In this document: positions 48,801 to 62,673 of the stretch, piece after piece | How positions within the stretch are numbered: position 1 is the stretch's first letter | Layout of the letters: the number at the start of each line of letters is the position of its first letter | Assembly: GCA_037447605.1 (NCBI GenBank) | Contig: CM074808.1 | Location: 992,001 to 1,056,000, forward strand | DNA: 64,000 nt | Direction of reading: 5' to 3' | DNA from: Zygnema circumcarinatum SAG 698-1b | Taxonomy: Eukaryota > Plantae > Zygnematophyceae | Notes under the pieces: generated by a model | Database searches by the model: none | What the model was told of the DNA's origin: nothing | What the model saw: the letters and a program-made list of their open reading frames with translations, nothing else | Position numbers and translations under genes: made by a program

Positions 48801-49553
48801 GAGTTCACGTGGTCCGTGTCCTTAGCATTTCTCTCCATCCCTGCCTCCTCACGAGGCATGTTGTTTAATCAGTCATAGTAGCTGGAAAGGCGATTTGGTG
48901 ATCTCGACTTCATTACTTGTTTGCGTCCAAATCCATTCGATTTCTGAAGTTTTAGCACAAGCGGGGTCGTTTGCTCAGGTGCCACTTTATCAAGCGATTC
49001 TGGCTATGTGCTTGACCCATCAACAGGGTGAGTGCATTTATCAATCACTCCACAGGGATTATCATTGCATGAGCACGGCAGGTCCTCGAGGTTCTGTTTC
49101 CTTCAAATTAAACTTGTACTGACAATTAAGCCTCTGGTCAAAGCGTCTTTCCTACAGATTGGCTGGTATTCTAGCTTTTTTTCATTCCTTCATCAGACCT
49201 AGAGTCGATTAACCCCAAAGGACTGCTGAATCTGTGACAGGTACTATTACAACAGTAATATTGGCTACTACTACGATGCCAATAGTGGCCTCTTCTGCAG
49301 CGCGTCTTCTGGCCTCTGGTGAGATTCTCGTTCTCACCTTTCCTGAGTTTCACGATAACTTCCTGCTTGCAGCATGAGATTCTATATCTTATGTCAGTGT
49401 CAGGATGTTAACACATCATAGTACTTTCAGGCAGCATTCTCCAAGACTGCGTATTTCAGCCGCAGTTCCTTCTGAAGCAGGTCCCATGCTTATGGTTGCA
49501 GGTACCGCTACATAGAGAGCACCAGCACTTACGAAGAAATAACAGGAGGATAG
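45811..49553 (+). CDS. CD2BP2: CD2BP2/LIN1/U5-52K-like spliceosomal protein with plant-type C-terminal OCRE domain
   Basis: KRVRF start, DPRVAAKERATRR, IEPFNLKKEREEGYFDADGNYVEY...DAWLDS, LEPNET|VLQGLRRLGG, FDRLTEDAMKLMDAGE, and OCRE YYYNSNIGYYYDANSGLFCSASSGLW|YRY. ATG at 45811, TAG at 49551-49553. Confidence 0.88.
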
Positions 49554-50537
49554 TACTTCACTCGAGAGTTGACACTCTTTGCCTCTGCTGGGTGTTCGTT
49601 GAATTTGAAATGGTTAGATCCCCTAGAGTCTCAATGTGGCGAGTGTAGCTGAAGGACAACGACTTTCCGTATGTGTTGAGCTGCTACTCAACATCGCTAC
49701 ATGTGATCACATTCAGCCCTTCGTAGGGCTGCGTAATACACGTCAAATAGCAGTGCTCCGACACGAAGTTTACCTACAAAACACTGCTTTTGGTTTTGAT
49801 GAAAAGCTACTTCCCTGTGGGTATTTTTGGGAAAATCTTAGCACCTGGCTTCTGGAAGGACGATCCAGCCTTACTTGGAGAACTCCCGCACTGCATGCTG
49901 AAAGCCATTTCTTCGCGTAGACCGACACAAATACTTGTTTTGACGAAACCATTTGCATGGGCTCGGCACTCCCTGCATATGAATGCGAAATCCCCTTGAG
50001 TCGCTTATCGAATGCCCGACATGGAGAGTGCATTGTTGGTATTGTATGTGTGCTTGCTTGACAACCCCATCCTGAAAGAAACCATTGTACCAGTCACTGT
50101 ACAGTGTTGGCGGATGTGTCCATTGCCTGTTAGTCTTGCTTGGCCGTTCGTTGGGTCCATTCCTTTTCTTTATACCGCACGGTGTGTCTCTGACCAGCGG
50201 CCCGCACGGCTCTCTGCTCCAGCAGGCGGAGTCGTCCAAGGGCCCCGGGCAGGCGAGAGCCACTCTCAGAGTTTGCCACGTGTACACGTAGCTGACGTGG
50301 CATCCTGTGATTGGTCCAGTACAGTTTATTCGTGACTACAGTAGCGACCAACGTTTGCTCGGCGTCGAAAGTTCGGACGTCGGCGCTGGCAAGGCACCCG
50401 CTCGCGGACCTGCTCTCTTCCCTCCCACTCTCGCTCGGCCATTTCATTTGCTCAGTGAAAATTTTGCTGTTTGTTGCTTAACTACGGGCTGAGAACTGCG
50501 GATATTCCCAGAGGGATTTTGCTACCATCGCAGCGTT

Positions 50538-53500
50538 ATGGGTGGAGATTTTGAAAGGCTTCCTTCCTATGTGAAGCCGATAAAGTATTCTGTAATATTG
50601 GAGCCTGACTTGGATGAATTCAGCTTCAAGGGGTCTGTAGAGATTGAGCTGGATGTGCTGCAGCGCACCAACCAGCTGAAGTTTCATGCGCTGGACCTTG
50701 AAATCTTGAAGGTAAGCCCATTACAGTAATGCGCTCCTTTGCGGTTTTCAGAAGAAAAACGAGTAGGATGCTGCTGGAGGAGAAATTTACTTCACTCTTT
50801 TTGACATTTGTCGTTTCATTTTTTTGATTTTGATGGTTTTCACGGAACACTTGTTTCTCGTTCGGCACCATCAAAGTTTAAATCCACATTTAACTTCTAC
50901 CTTCGGATTTTAAGAGACTATTCCTGACATCAGTCGCTTTTGATCGTTTATGTTTCTTCAAGAACGGAGCCCTTTGTCCATCTACTTCCCTTATATTAGT
51001 TGCTGGAAGCTGAGTTAAATTGTAAAATTCTGCAGTTCATCCAACCTGATTCCTATGGTCATGACTAAGCCGAAATATTTGCTCTATCGTGAGGCATCTT
51101 GCTTCTGCGGTTTTGGGAAGTTATTTTGGCCAACGCAGCTATTGAAGTTGAGAGAGTGTCCGAAGTCAGTTGTGGCCATCTTGAAGCCTTGCTTTTGGCT
51201 GATATTTTTCTTCTCTCTTTCATGCAGTCGAATCTACCTGTCCGGCCACAATGTATTGAAAGTAGGTCAAGTAGCAATAACTTGCAAGGTTTTCTGTGGT
51301 TGTTGTGCAAATGCGAACACTCCTTTAGGTGAGGCTTTTCTTGAGATTTTAGTTGGGTTGTGCAGGCCGAAGTCTTCACCAATGGCAACTCTATCACGCC
51401 TGATGATACAACATTTCCAGTCGAGCTCGATAAGGAGGGTGGTACTGCAGTGCTGGGCCTTGGAAGTGGATTTCTCGAACCTGGAAAGGCTGCCCTGCAC
51501 CTCAATTTCCGGGGAACGCTCAATGATAACATGATTGGATTCTACCGTAAGTCATCAATTTAGAACGCTTCACTGATTTTTGGACGTGCTAGTTTTGCGT
51601 TTTAAGTATGGAAACAGAAAAACAACTTATATGAAAGAAATGCAAAAGCGAACACGCGGAGCTGTAGGTATACAGAATGTTGCAAATGAAGTCGAGTATC
51701 CGGCTCGATGCATTTGGAGTTTCGTGCAGGTGCTTCTTATACTAAGGATGGCAAGAAGGAGTACATGGCAACTACACAGTTTGAGGCTACAGAAGCTCGC
51801 AGGGCACTTCCCTGCTGGGATGAGCCTGCGTTGAAGGCCATCTTTGCCGTTACTTTGATCGTAAAACCTGGATTGACCGCTCTCTCCAACATGCCTGAAG
51901 TTGGTCGCGAGCTCCTACCGAGCGGATCGACAGCAGTTAAGTTTGCAGATACACCAATTATGAGCACTTACCTGTTGGCGTTCATTGTCGGTGATCTGGA
52001 GAAGGTGACCACGACCACAAAAGAAGGGGTGGAGGTGAGCTGTTCTTCCAATGCTGGATTCCCTCACATCCGACGACATGAATGCATGAGTGTAAATGCT
52101 GTCGTTTGGCATGGGAGACATGATATGCACAACAAGCTACATGTTGACGTAAGGTCGTAAGACAAATTTTATATCCTCTCATCTCAAAAGACAACGAACC
52201 CTACACAAATTCACTCAGGCAATGCTTAAGTTCCATTAAACGCAGCTACAGGAGCATTGAGTGAAGCTGAAGCTGCAGCCCTTTTACATCAAAAGGGCTT
52301 GTATCGAAAATGATAAGGAGAAATTTGAGTTCCAATGAATTGGCATCCTTACGAATGCCTGAAACCTCAATTAACGCATATTTCATGGCCTTCTGTACAG
52401 GTGAATGTATATGCAACTCCTGGCAACAAGGAGCAGAGCCGCTTTGCGCTGAAGGTTGCTGCAGATATACTGTCCTTCTTTGCTGACTACTTTGGCATCG
52501 CATACCCATTGCCTAAAGCAGATCTTGTGGGTAAGTTTGGCCTAACCAGTCACGGAGCTCTTTCTGTAGCTTTAACAACGCATACATACCTGTACGCTGC
52601 CGTCCATACTCAGAAATGCAGTCTTCACTTTCCTGTTCTTGTAAGGTGCATTCTCTTCCTTGTAGATGCACGAGTTATGGAGCTGGGAAATAAATTATTT
52701 TTCAAAAACTCGCACAACATTTTCTGCACAGCCTGCTCATATATTGAGTCAGTGGAGCATCTGAAGAATGTGCAGGCTCACATATCTGTTGTCGATCAGA
52801 AATTTTGTAACGTTTCCGTACAGGAATCGCATGCTTCTTTGTCTGAATGCTAGCCTAAGGCTGGGGCAAAACTGTATTTACTGCAGATATTTGCCTTACT
52901 GATGAATGGGGATCACTAATGAAATGTTTGTTAGAGTATGTGATTTGCGTAATCGCCAAGAGCATGTGCCTGCCATTTGCGCTTCATCGTAGTTAAGCAA
53001 TTGTGAGAGATGCCAATGCAATGCAGCGGTCCCGGAGTTTGCCATGGGGGCAATGGAGAATTGGGGGCTCATCACATTCCGCGATACCGCGTTGTTGGTG
53101 GATGAAGTAAAGTCATCGGCCTCCGCATGTCAGCATGTTGCCTACGTGGTTTCTCATGAGCTTGCTCACCAAGTAAGCTCTCGCACTACAGGGCCATTCG
53201 ATGAATGCAGGTCCAGCTCTTCTGTAATGTGTTGGGTTATGCTGCAGATTTGATGGTGAAGGTGATTTGATGGATGGTGACCGATGGTGATTGGATGATG
53301 ATTTGATTTGAAGTGATGGTGAGTCATGTCAGTGTAACCAGTGTCACACCACTTTGGTTTAGGCCCGCACAAACCTATGCAAGGTTTGGTACGTCAACTC
53401 AAAATCTCACTTTTTCAGCAACCTCATGCATGCTCAAGAGCGAGACGCCTACATTCATTTGGTAGACAGAAGCTCCTTGTTGGAGTCAATAAAAACGCAA

Positions 53501-56500
53501 ACATGTGCAAATTTGATTTACCTGCACGTACATCACCTTTTGCTGTTACTCCTTTCTGCCTGCTTCAATGTCTGCTCAAAGCTCGGAAGCACCTTTTCCT
53601 CAGAAGCCTTCTGTGATGGGAACTGCAGTGGTTTGGAAACCTGGTGACAATGGAGTGGTGGGGCGACCTCTGGTTGAACGAGGGCTTTGCAACGTGGGTC
53701 GGTTGGCTGGGGGTGGACCACGTTCATCCGGAATGGGACGTTTGGACGCAGGTGGGCGCACGTTAGAAGGAGCTCATGGATGCATGGATGCAAGGATCTA
53801 TTGTTCCACGTAGGATGTTGCCACCTTTGCGTAGAGTTGTTCGTGATGCGTGTGGTGTGCCTCTCCAATGGGGCTAGAAATTTCTCTAGGGTTGAATCAA
53901 TCCTCCCCCAGAGCCATCCATGATGTCATTTTCAATTTCAACCAAATCAAGAACGCAAATGCACTATAAACTGAGGTATGAGGTATAGCTACCATCCAGA
54001 AAGTAACCCTTAAGGATGCGTTGGATGGAATGGCATTCAAAACCGGAAGACTGCACCACTAGGCAAGAGATTGTTCTTCCTTCTGAGTATGGTAGGAACA
54101 GGTCAAAAGGCGGTCGCGGTGGGCATTCAGATGTATGTTCGTGTTTCCTGAAGATGGGACTCCTATTTTTCACTTTTGTGGTGCCCATTCTGCTGATGCA
54201 ATCGCGCTTCTGCTCCCTTGAGTAAGAATTTACCCATTGCAATGCAAGAGCTCTGATCTTCGTTCATCGTGCCCATGGTATGCACTTTGGCTTGTGGGTG
54301 TGTGGGAATCAGTTTGTGAGCACTGAGATGGGTTCTGCACTGGTGACCGATGCACTCCTTTCCTCCCACCCCATCGAGGTCCCTATTCGGGACCCTAAGG
54401 AGATCACACAAGTCTTTGATGCCCTTAGTTACAAGAAAGGAGCGTGTGTGGTTCGCCAGTTGGATGCTGCTGTCAACCCTGAAGTCTTCAAGCAGGTATA
54501 CTTTCTGAGGGGAGGAGGGGCTCCCACTCTCGTCTGTGGGCGATGCTGCACCTTTGTTCCCGTTTATGTCCGTAAATGGACTCGGATTCAGTAATCTATT
54601 CATTCTGCACATTTCTTTTGCAGACTTTGCCACCTTTGGAGCTTAACATGGTGTCAAAGCGTTTTGCAGGGTTTGCGGACCTATCTCAAGAGGCATCAAT
54701 GGGGAAACACTGTCACCAACGATCTGTGGAAGGCAGTAGAAGAGGAGTCTGGGAAGCCTGTGGAGAGCATGATGATGAGCTGGACGCAGCAGATGGGGTA
54801 TCCCCTCATCTCTGTGACCCCTTCTGCAGGGGGGGGGTTGCACCTTCGCCAAAGCAGATTTCTTTCAAAAGGACCTCCCACTGATGAGGAAGATTCACAC
54901 CTTTGGTGGGTCCCTATTACGGCCATGGCCGGTACAGCAGATGGGAAAACCCTGTCCCTCCCCATTACCATATTGTCAGAGAAGGAGGTAGACACAAGCG
55001 AATTGGAGTTCCCAGAAGGGGGGTGGTTGAAGCTGAATGCGGGACAGCCTGGGTTTTTTCGCGTAAACTATACTTCAGAGCAATGGGCTGCTCTAGCTAC
55101 GGCAGTGCGGTCTGCCTCCCTGGGTGTAACAGACCGCTTGGGAATTCTGATGGATGCGTTTGCACTCGCCAAGCCAGGGCTCTTAGCCAGCAGCCATGCT
55201 TTAGAATTGGCATTTTCCTTCAAAAATGAGACCGAATACACTGTTTGGAATCAGTTGAGCGGAGATTTGGGAGAGGTGGCTGTGCTGCTCTCCACAACCG
55301 AATATCTTGATCTCTTTGAGGCAGTGGGACGTGACCTCTTCACTCCCATTGCAGAGCGAGTGGGTTGGAATCCTCAGCCAGGAGAGTCGCATTTGGTTGC
55401 TTTGCTAAGGCCACTTGTTCTTGGTCGCCTTGGTGTATATGGTCACGAACCCACAATAGAAGAGTGCAGGAGGAGGTTTTCGGAGTTGCAAAAGGACCCA
55501 CAGTCAGTGCCAGCCGACCTGCGGAGACCGGTTAGCTATATTGCAGTGAAGTATGGAGGCCGGGAAGAATTTGAGGCTGCAAAGAAGCTCTATCGTGAAG
55601 CTCAGACACCGGACTTTAAACAAGACTGTCTTATGGGTAAGTGAAGCCAAAAGGTCGATAACGACCAGCATCGAGTTTCAGGGTCTTAACGAAGTGCTTG
55701 TCCGTTTCTGAACTCTTCGGATAGTGAGCAGTGACAAGCCATTTGAAGATGGAAAGAGGAGTGTTTTAATGGAGAAGTTTCATTGGTGTTGCTTGGATGC
55801 GGCCCCCTTCCTTCGTTTTGGAGCTACAGATGGTTTCCTTTGGGACGGAAGATTGTCTTTGTTAAAAGTCTATTAGGTCAGTTTGGAATTAATTAGCGGA
55901 GGCTGAGCCAGTGAGGTCTACGGTGTTGCAGCGATGGGGCAGACAAAGGATCCGGAACTCATTCGGGAGTATCTTGAATTTGGGCTGAACGAGAACGAGG
56001 TGAAAGCGCAAAATACTCTGTAAGTTGTCCCTCTATATGTGTATCGCCTATAGTGCATGCCTTCGTAGGGCGGAAAAATGCGAGCAACTGATCGTTTTCG
56101 AACTTTAGTATCGTTCAATCAATGAGGAGGCCGAGATTGACTTTTAGAAGCTCTGATGTCTTCACATTGAGGCAGGTTCTTTCTGTCAAACAGTCATTGC
56201 TTGAAATTGTTGAGACATGCAAACAACTATTAAAGATATACATTTTGATTGAAGCGAAGCCTTTGATAGAATACCAATTTTATATTATCATATAACAATA
56301 AAACAAATAATAATTCTATGTCGTTCTAATCTATTTTTTCCATCTTGTTTTCTTTAATATCTTGTATGCTGTGCTGCAGGTACATATTTGCCATGCTGTC
56401 TGGAAACCGTTGGGGGCGGGAAATTCAGTGGGACTTTGTGAGGGAACGCTGGGAAAGCATCTACGCGCGGTTTAAGAATTCCATGGGGCTCATTCAGGTA

Positions 56501-56932
56501 GGCAGAAGCTCCTTCTGCTCGGAAGCTGCCCCACTCTGCCTATGACCATTTCGAGTCCAACGAAGGGAAAATAATCCTTTTTTCGGAAATTTTCGAGCGA
56601 TCGAGATAGTGTATGCATTTTTTGAGGAAGGCCGTGGGATCAAAGAAGAAATAAAGTAAGAAGTAAAACAATGAAGGGGATGACATGGCTATGCATGACA
56701 TTGATGTCTGTATGTATGCATGGTGCAGCATGTCGTGTGCATGCCCCTGCGTGGATTCAGCACCAACGAGAAGGCGCAGGAGGCGGAGGAATTCTTCAAA
56801 GCACATCCCGTGCCGGAGGCGAACATGGAACTGGGGCGAACCCTGGAAGCCATAAGGTCCCGCGCAGTGTGGCTCGAACGCGACCGCGACGACATAGTCG
56901 CGTGGCTCACTCAAGTGTCGGCCAAGCTTTGA
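50538..56932 (+). CDS. APM1: M1 family (puromycin-sensitive/APM1-like) aminopeptidase
   Basis: [12 protein letters not shown]..., [43 protein letters not shown]|[23 protein letters not shown] (HEXXH+E), [14 protein letters not shown]1-like C-terminal exons ending [15 protein letters not shown]. Stop at 56930-56932. Confidence 0.96.
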
Positions 56933-57156
56933 GGCGCACGCGGAACACGAGTTTCCGTCGGGTTTCTTTCTTTTGAACTTCGGGGCTGGTATGCAGCTTG
57001 GAAGGAGATCGCTTCATATTGCTGGTCCAAGGGGGTATGTGTTGGAGAGTCGGTCTGTGGTAAGATGTGGCTTGCCCTCCCTGCCCGTGGGCTTGCAATT
57101 TCGGATACTTGTCGAGACATGTGACATCGTAAATGTTTCCACGGAAGAAAGGAAGT

Positions 57157-57305
57157 GGCATTGATCTCTCAATGGCGATGCGAAATGTACATGGACAAAA
57201 TCAGCATGGGGAACTACAAGGAACTGGTCGCAAAAGACCTACGCCCAAAAGAATTTAGGGTAGAGCAGAAAACGACGCTTGGGCTCAACAACGCAGCCCT
57301 AGAAA
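57157..57305 (-). repeat. Dispersed copy of the retroelement 3' end
   Basis: GGCATTGATCTC..ATGGCGATG..ATGGACAAAATCAGCATGGGGAACTACAAGGAACTGGTCGCAAAAGAC...GCTCAACAACGCAGCCCTA matches the reverse complement of 21545-21698. Confidence 0.88.
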
Positions 57306-57810
57306 CGCTCTACCCTTTACAAGGTTGAATTATATAACGAAACCAACATCCATGAATCTTTGATAGCCAAACACCGTAACAAAAGACTGACGGCATGATT
57401 AGTAACGAATCTTCATTACATTATTTAATTCACGTTACGAACGGGTACCACTACTGTTTGCCTTGATAAGTCATAAGGGAACTCTTGCTTTTACATGGTG
57501 TGACAACACCGTGAAAACTGTGCCTCTAGATAGATCTGCGCAGGAGATTGCAGCAGGCAGTGTGCCATGTAGTTGCAGTTGCTGTGCTGTGCCACACAAA
57601 GCATGCTACCAAGCGCATAGTAAAAATCTAGCAATGTTGTAGTGGCTCATCATAGCGCATCAAAGTTTGTGACACGCGGCGACACCCGAAAACCCGCCAG
57701 ATTTTTTTGTGCGAAAACTTCCGATTGACGTTGTGTTCTTGTAAAGCCAACATGTCAATCAGGCAATTAGAAGGGGAGGTATGCAATTGGAGACCCAGCA
57801 GTTTCAGCTC

Positions 57811-60800
57811 TCAAGCTGCCTTTTCCTTGGTCTCCAAAGCCCTCTTCCTCTGCGCCATCATGTAGGTGTACATGAAAGGTCCCCCTGCACAGGCCATGAG
57901 CCACAGAGCCTCCCTCTTCAGAACAGTGAGATCAACAGAGGCAGCTTTCTAAGATAGCGTGACATGTGACATGTGACAACGTGACACTTATGGAGAGTGC
58001 ATGCAACAGCAGCTCAACGCTTTCACTACCACGCACATACACAGAAAGCACGGGCAGAGAGTAATGAGTCACGACAGCCCAAACCTGGCACGTATGAAGC
58101 CAAAACAAGGATGCAGGCAATGTAGAAGTCGAACGCGAAGTTGAAGGAGTTGGGCATGCGAATGGCGTAGAGCTCCGCTGCCTGCACACTCCGCCATGAT
58201 CCAAAATAAGGTTCTCGGACTCCATTCCTGTCTTGCAAACCGTAATTTTGCATGATAAAGCCCAAAGAAAGCACAACCTTCTCTATCTTCCCTGTATCTA
58301 CCTGTGCAAAAACTGAACAGACTCAAATCATGTCCAGCTAACATAACTTCGTTTAAGTTTTTGGTTTCCGACCTCGTCTGAAACTTACGAGGGCCCTTGA
58401 ATCTCAATACTCGTAGCCATCAGAAATGCGCAAAGCCAATCACGGGAGAGAAAAGAATTAACATCACCTTTATGTGAGGCAAAGCGAGCCAAATGAGACC
58501 GACCTCAGAGACTATCCCTGTGGGGTACAACACGTAAAAGAGGCTGTATCTGCAAAGCCGAAATACATTCTATCTCATCAGAGCCCACCCATGATAGCTC
58601 TATTTCGTTTGCAATAAATCGATCGAGCTATAACTAGGCGGTCATTTGAATGAAAAGTCAAAATCAAGGCATGTGACTACTTTGCACTAAACGAAGAAGC
58701 ATATGGAAAGGGGGGAGAAGGACAGGAGAAGAGCAGCATAGCAACCTCAGCCAGAGGAGGGCAGGGTGAGCAGATCCCTGCACTTCCTTTAGAGCAAAGA
58801 AGGAGTACCGCACAATCTGAACCACAGTGGAATAAGGGACACCACACCTCACTTAAGCATAAGTTAAAATTGCACTAACTGAACTACACTCACGGTGTTT
58901 CCACATATAACCCCAAGCCCTTTCTCCTCCATTTATTTGAACCAAGGCAACCGCATCTTAAGCAACGAATATAGCTTTATTAAGCCGCGGACGAGACATG
59001 GACCCTTTTCCTGCTGAAACTGCACAGTCCTGAGTATGTAACGTCATCGGTACAGGGACGAAGTTCTGGTGTGGAAATTGTTCAAAAAAAGTTCAACTAA
59101 GCTCATTTGTATCAGAGATTTGCTCTACTCTTGTGCGAAGAAGGTCTCTCCTACCTCCACTGCTGACCAACTGAGGATGAGTGAAGTCACCAGGACGGAC
59201 TCCCGGATCTGCAATCCCCTCAAAGTGGCCATCATCCTGTCCGTGTAAGACTTCCTTGGAAAAATAGTTTATGCTCATGGTGACTATGTTTCATTCTATT
59301 TTCTCGGCTGATAAATTACGCCTGTGGAAGCCAACAGCAGTTGTTGACTGTATCACTGTATCAAGTTGTGTGAAAGTGGGGTAACATATTGGAGAAAAAA
59401 AGCATACCTGCGGGACGCTGAAGAGAATAAACCATGTGACAAAGATACGCGAGCCGACCTGCGGAACAGTGGCGGTAATGGGCGACCGCACAACTCCTGC
59501 AGAAAGGGGATTCCACATCCAACCCAAAGGCCAATACTGCTATTCACTTCCTCCCTCTGATCTCCCTACTCCAAGCAAGATAGTGGCAGTGAAAACCTCC
59601 AACAGCTCAGCTGTAGGAATGAAACAGATGTAAATCATGTGCACATCATGAGTGACTGGCTCAAATCAGTAATCACTGGGCGGGTGCATCTCTATGGTGC
59701 ACTGGCCAAACCGCGGAAGGAATCTGGAGGAAGCAGCTAACCTGCCAGACTGTGGAGAATCTGCCAATAGCAATGCCCCAACCAGCAATCTCTATGAGTG
59801 TACATAGTCAAAATCTCGTTCATGCCAAGTTACCCCAGGCTGCACCCTTGAAGAAAAAGAGTAAGCAGCGGCAGCAAAGGTGGAATCAGAGAAAAACCAA
59901 AAACTCTTCAACGAAATTTCCGAATTGCTGATTTGATGAGTTTGAAGTTCATGAGATATATTATATACAGACCATTGTGCAAAATACGCAAATGTTGTGT
60001 TGAACATTATCTGCAACACCTCGACTACCTCTTGATGTTCGTGATACCTCTTCGCACACCAATCTAGCTCTCACCATTTCAACATTCTTTTGGCTACACA
60101 TGAATACACACTGCAAAATGAAATATGTCTAATGAAATGAAATAAAGTCGCAGGTTGAGGTCGATTGGTCAAGTTTCACGTTGACACCGTTCCGTTGACT
60201 GCTAACGAGAACTTTTCGTATTCGACACCTAAGTTCTCTAGGAACAATAGCGTTTAAATTGCTTGTCTATAGTGCCTTAAAGCATATTTCTAACGGAAAA
60301 TTTCTATAGCCAACGCTGACTATAACTTACAAAAAAACGCGTGACTTTCTTCTCATGATCATTCATGGCAATGTGGAGGTTGCATTGGCATGACTTTGCA
60401 TCAGCGATTACTGCTGCTTTTTCCTTAGCTGCAACTGAGACAACTGCTCTTTTCAACGCTTCCCGCCTCCCTCTATGAACTCCGTAGCTTCAAACTTCAA
60501 ACTGCCGGCGAGCAGCTTATCCAGGTGAAGATCTACACGCTTAAACTTTTGAAGATGATTCAATTTCAGAAGGAAACACTGGTTTACCTCTAAAAGCGCA
60601 GCCGTTTGCCATATTTGAAGAGGCTTCTCAATTGCAGCATATACAGCTTTCGAGCCTGACTCCTGCAAAGTGATAGACGTCAAGTAAAGAATGTGTGTCC
60701 TGCAAAAATCAAGAAAACAAAGAAAATTTCAACACACACACACACACACACACACACACGTATTGCAGGTCGCGTAGCCGCTCTACAATAACACGTGACC

Positions 60801-60933
60801 CTGAAGCAAAGATAAAACCGTCCAATCAATGTTGCCGAATTTCATTCTGCAATAAGCAACCTAGCAAGACTCACCACCCAAGCGCCAGCGCCGAGTTGTA
60901 GAGGGCGAGGTAGGCCGACCTCGGGAACGCCAT
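57811..60933 (-). CDS. PAS2: Very-long-chain (3R)-3-hydroxyacyl-CoA dehydratase (PASTICCINO2/PTPLA)
   Basis: MAFPRSAYLALYNSALALGW|...VYAAIEKPLQIWQTAALLE|...GVVRSPITATVPQVGSRIFVTW|IRESVLVTSLILSWSAVE|IVRYSFFALKE...LLWLR|...YAIRMPNSFNFAFDFY...YVPG|GPFMYTYMMAQRKRAL. TGA at 57811-57813. Confidence 0.95.
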
Positions 60934-61671
60934 GGCTGTCTGTCTGCCCGCGGCGCAGTTAGGGCTAAGGGCCGCCCTCACTCGCTACTCCCCTCCCCCT
61001 CCCCTTCTTCCGCGGGGGAGGGCCGCCCTCCGTACGTCATTCGTACACCCTTCATACGGTTTTCGTACGGAACTCAGGCGTTCTCCAATGGATGTACGCC
61101 ACGTGGACATAAGATCCCTCCAAGCACCTCTCTGAAGCCGACTGTTAACGGCCTGTCACACAGTAACAGGATTTGGAACTGTGACAGAACAGTGACCATG
61201 GAAACCGTCAATTTAAGCTCAAAATTTAACAGCTGGAACAATACCCAAAAGTGTTCTCCACGGTCAGTTTCACAGCACTGGATGTTGTCATCTACTGCCG
61301 TACGATTTTGGCAGTTTGCCTGAAGCCAACAGCTTCCCTCACAGTGCCCCACGTGGCGCGCAATGATCACCGCCGCCGCCCCCCCGCCGTCCGATCTGGC
61401 CGGTTGCTGCCTTGCCGTACGAACGGTTTGTCCGTTACCGGTTCGCGCCCGCCCGCCCTCCTGGCGCCACCCGCCACGGCGGCGGGGACGAGACCGCCAC
61501 GTGGCGACGTTACCGGTCAAGTAACGGCTCGCGCGTGCGAGTCTAAATTTACATTTGGACCCTTTTTTTTAAGGAAAGATATTTACATTTGGAGCCTTTT
61601 TTTAAAGGAAAGATATTTCTATTTTGGTCCCAGCGAGGTCTCGTGGGAGGGGTCGGTCGCGGTCAGTCAGG

Positions 61672-61720
<49 letters not shown>

Positions 61721-61944
61721 CCTCTCCCGCTCCGCGTTAAAGAAAAGGAAGATACAAGTGCGCTGGAGGTGTGAGTTTGCTAATTTGCAGGGAGAGAGAC
61801 CGGGGTAGAGGCGAGAGATGAAGACGCGTGAGAGATGCTGAGGAGCGAGAAAGTGCGGAAGAGAGGAAAGCAGGCTGGGTTGACGAAGAGGCTTACTAAG
61901 GCTCAGGGTTAGAAGTAGTTCTCTCTTTTTGTGAAGCTCTCGCT

Positions 61945-62673
61945 ATGACTACTTCCCTCGAGGGGGGAGAGATACAGAGTGTTCGCAGGAGAGCGGAGAG
62001 CCGCCTTTCAAGAGCAGGAAAGTGTGAGCCCGAGCAGAGCGCCACATGCGTTGCAAACATGCTGCTTCCGTACTGCGTCTTGCAGCCTAGGACGCTGTCT
62101 CCTGCCCCATCTCTCACTAAGCAGGATCAGGAAGCCATGAGGAGTATGGCTGGAGAGTGGCGCCTCGCGCAGGAGCTAAACAGCTCCACGTTGCTTCAGA
62201 GGCCCTCTGCAGGGATGGAGCAGGGAGAGGGGAGGGAGGACGATTTGAACAGCGAGCCTGAGGTGGAGAGCTTCTGTTTGAATTCAAATAGTCAAAGCTC
62301 AGGGGTGCTCGCATGGCTTTTCACCAACCCCAAAAGTGCCGCTAGTAGTGAGGGCTGCAGTAGGAGGGATCACAGGAAGACAGGTAAGAGTGATTCGAGA
62401 GGTAAAGGCAGCCGTGGCTCGGGGGAGCCTGAACGCAGTGCAAGAAATTGTGATACGCGGTCGTCGAAGTGGTATCCTGCGCTTCCAGTGGTGCTGGAAG
62501 GAGATGGCCGCCACAGCCCTAATGCGCAGCAGAAGCAGGTAGTTGGGAAGGAGGGACGAGAGGGGAAGAGAATGGAAGTCACTCCTCGAGGCTGCAGGGA
62601 AGGGAAGCAGGTGGCGACGACCCTGACAGACATGGAACGGAAAGGGATGAGGTCTTTCCTGCAGCGGCACTAA
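61945..62673 (+). CDS. Hypothetical disordered protein (242 aa or first exon of a longer gene)
   Basis: ATG-initiated 729-bp ORF downstream of a GC/G-box island and (TC)n tract, divergent from PAS2. It contains KWYPALPVVLE, fitting the plant WxPxLxx[IV]xE linear motif. No recognisable folded domain. Confidence 0.45.
   Translation: MTTSLEGGEIQSVRRRAESRLSRAGKCEPEQSATCVANMLLPYCVLQPRTLSPAPSLTKQDQEAMRSMAGEWRLAQELNSSTLLQRPSAGMEQGEGREDDLNSEPEVESFCLNSNSQSSGVLAWLFTNPKSAASSEGCSRRDHRKTGKSDSRGKGSRGSGEPERSARNCDTRSSKWYPALPVVLEGDGRHSPNAQQKQVVGKEGREGKRMEVTPRGCREGKQVATTLTDMERKGMRSFLQRH

Noticed and set aside
57190-57330. Small ORF MDKISMGN.. shared by the dispersed repeat copies, and faint resemblance to U6 snRNA
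   Set aside because: Frames diverge between copies and substitutions are not synonymous-biased. The U6 ACAGAGA box and overall colinearity are absent.
1-61000. Apparent lipid/CoA gene cluster (SDC, FAX, COASY, PAS2)
   Set aside because: The genes are separated by unrelated genes, act in different compartments and pathways, and share no evident regulatory signature. Chance is adequate without synteny data.
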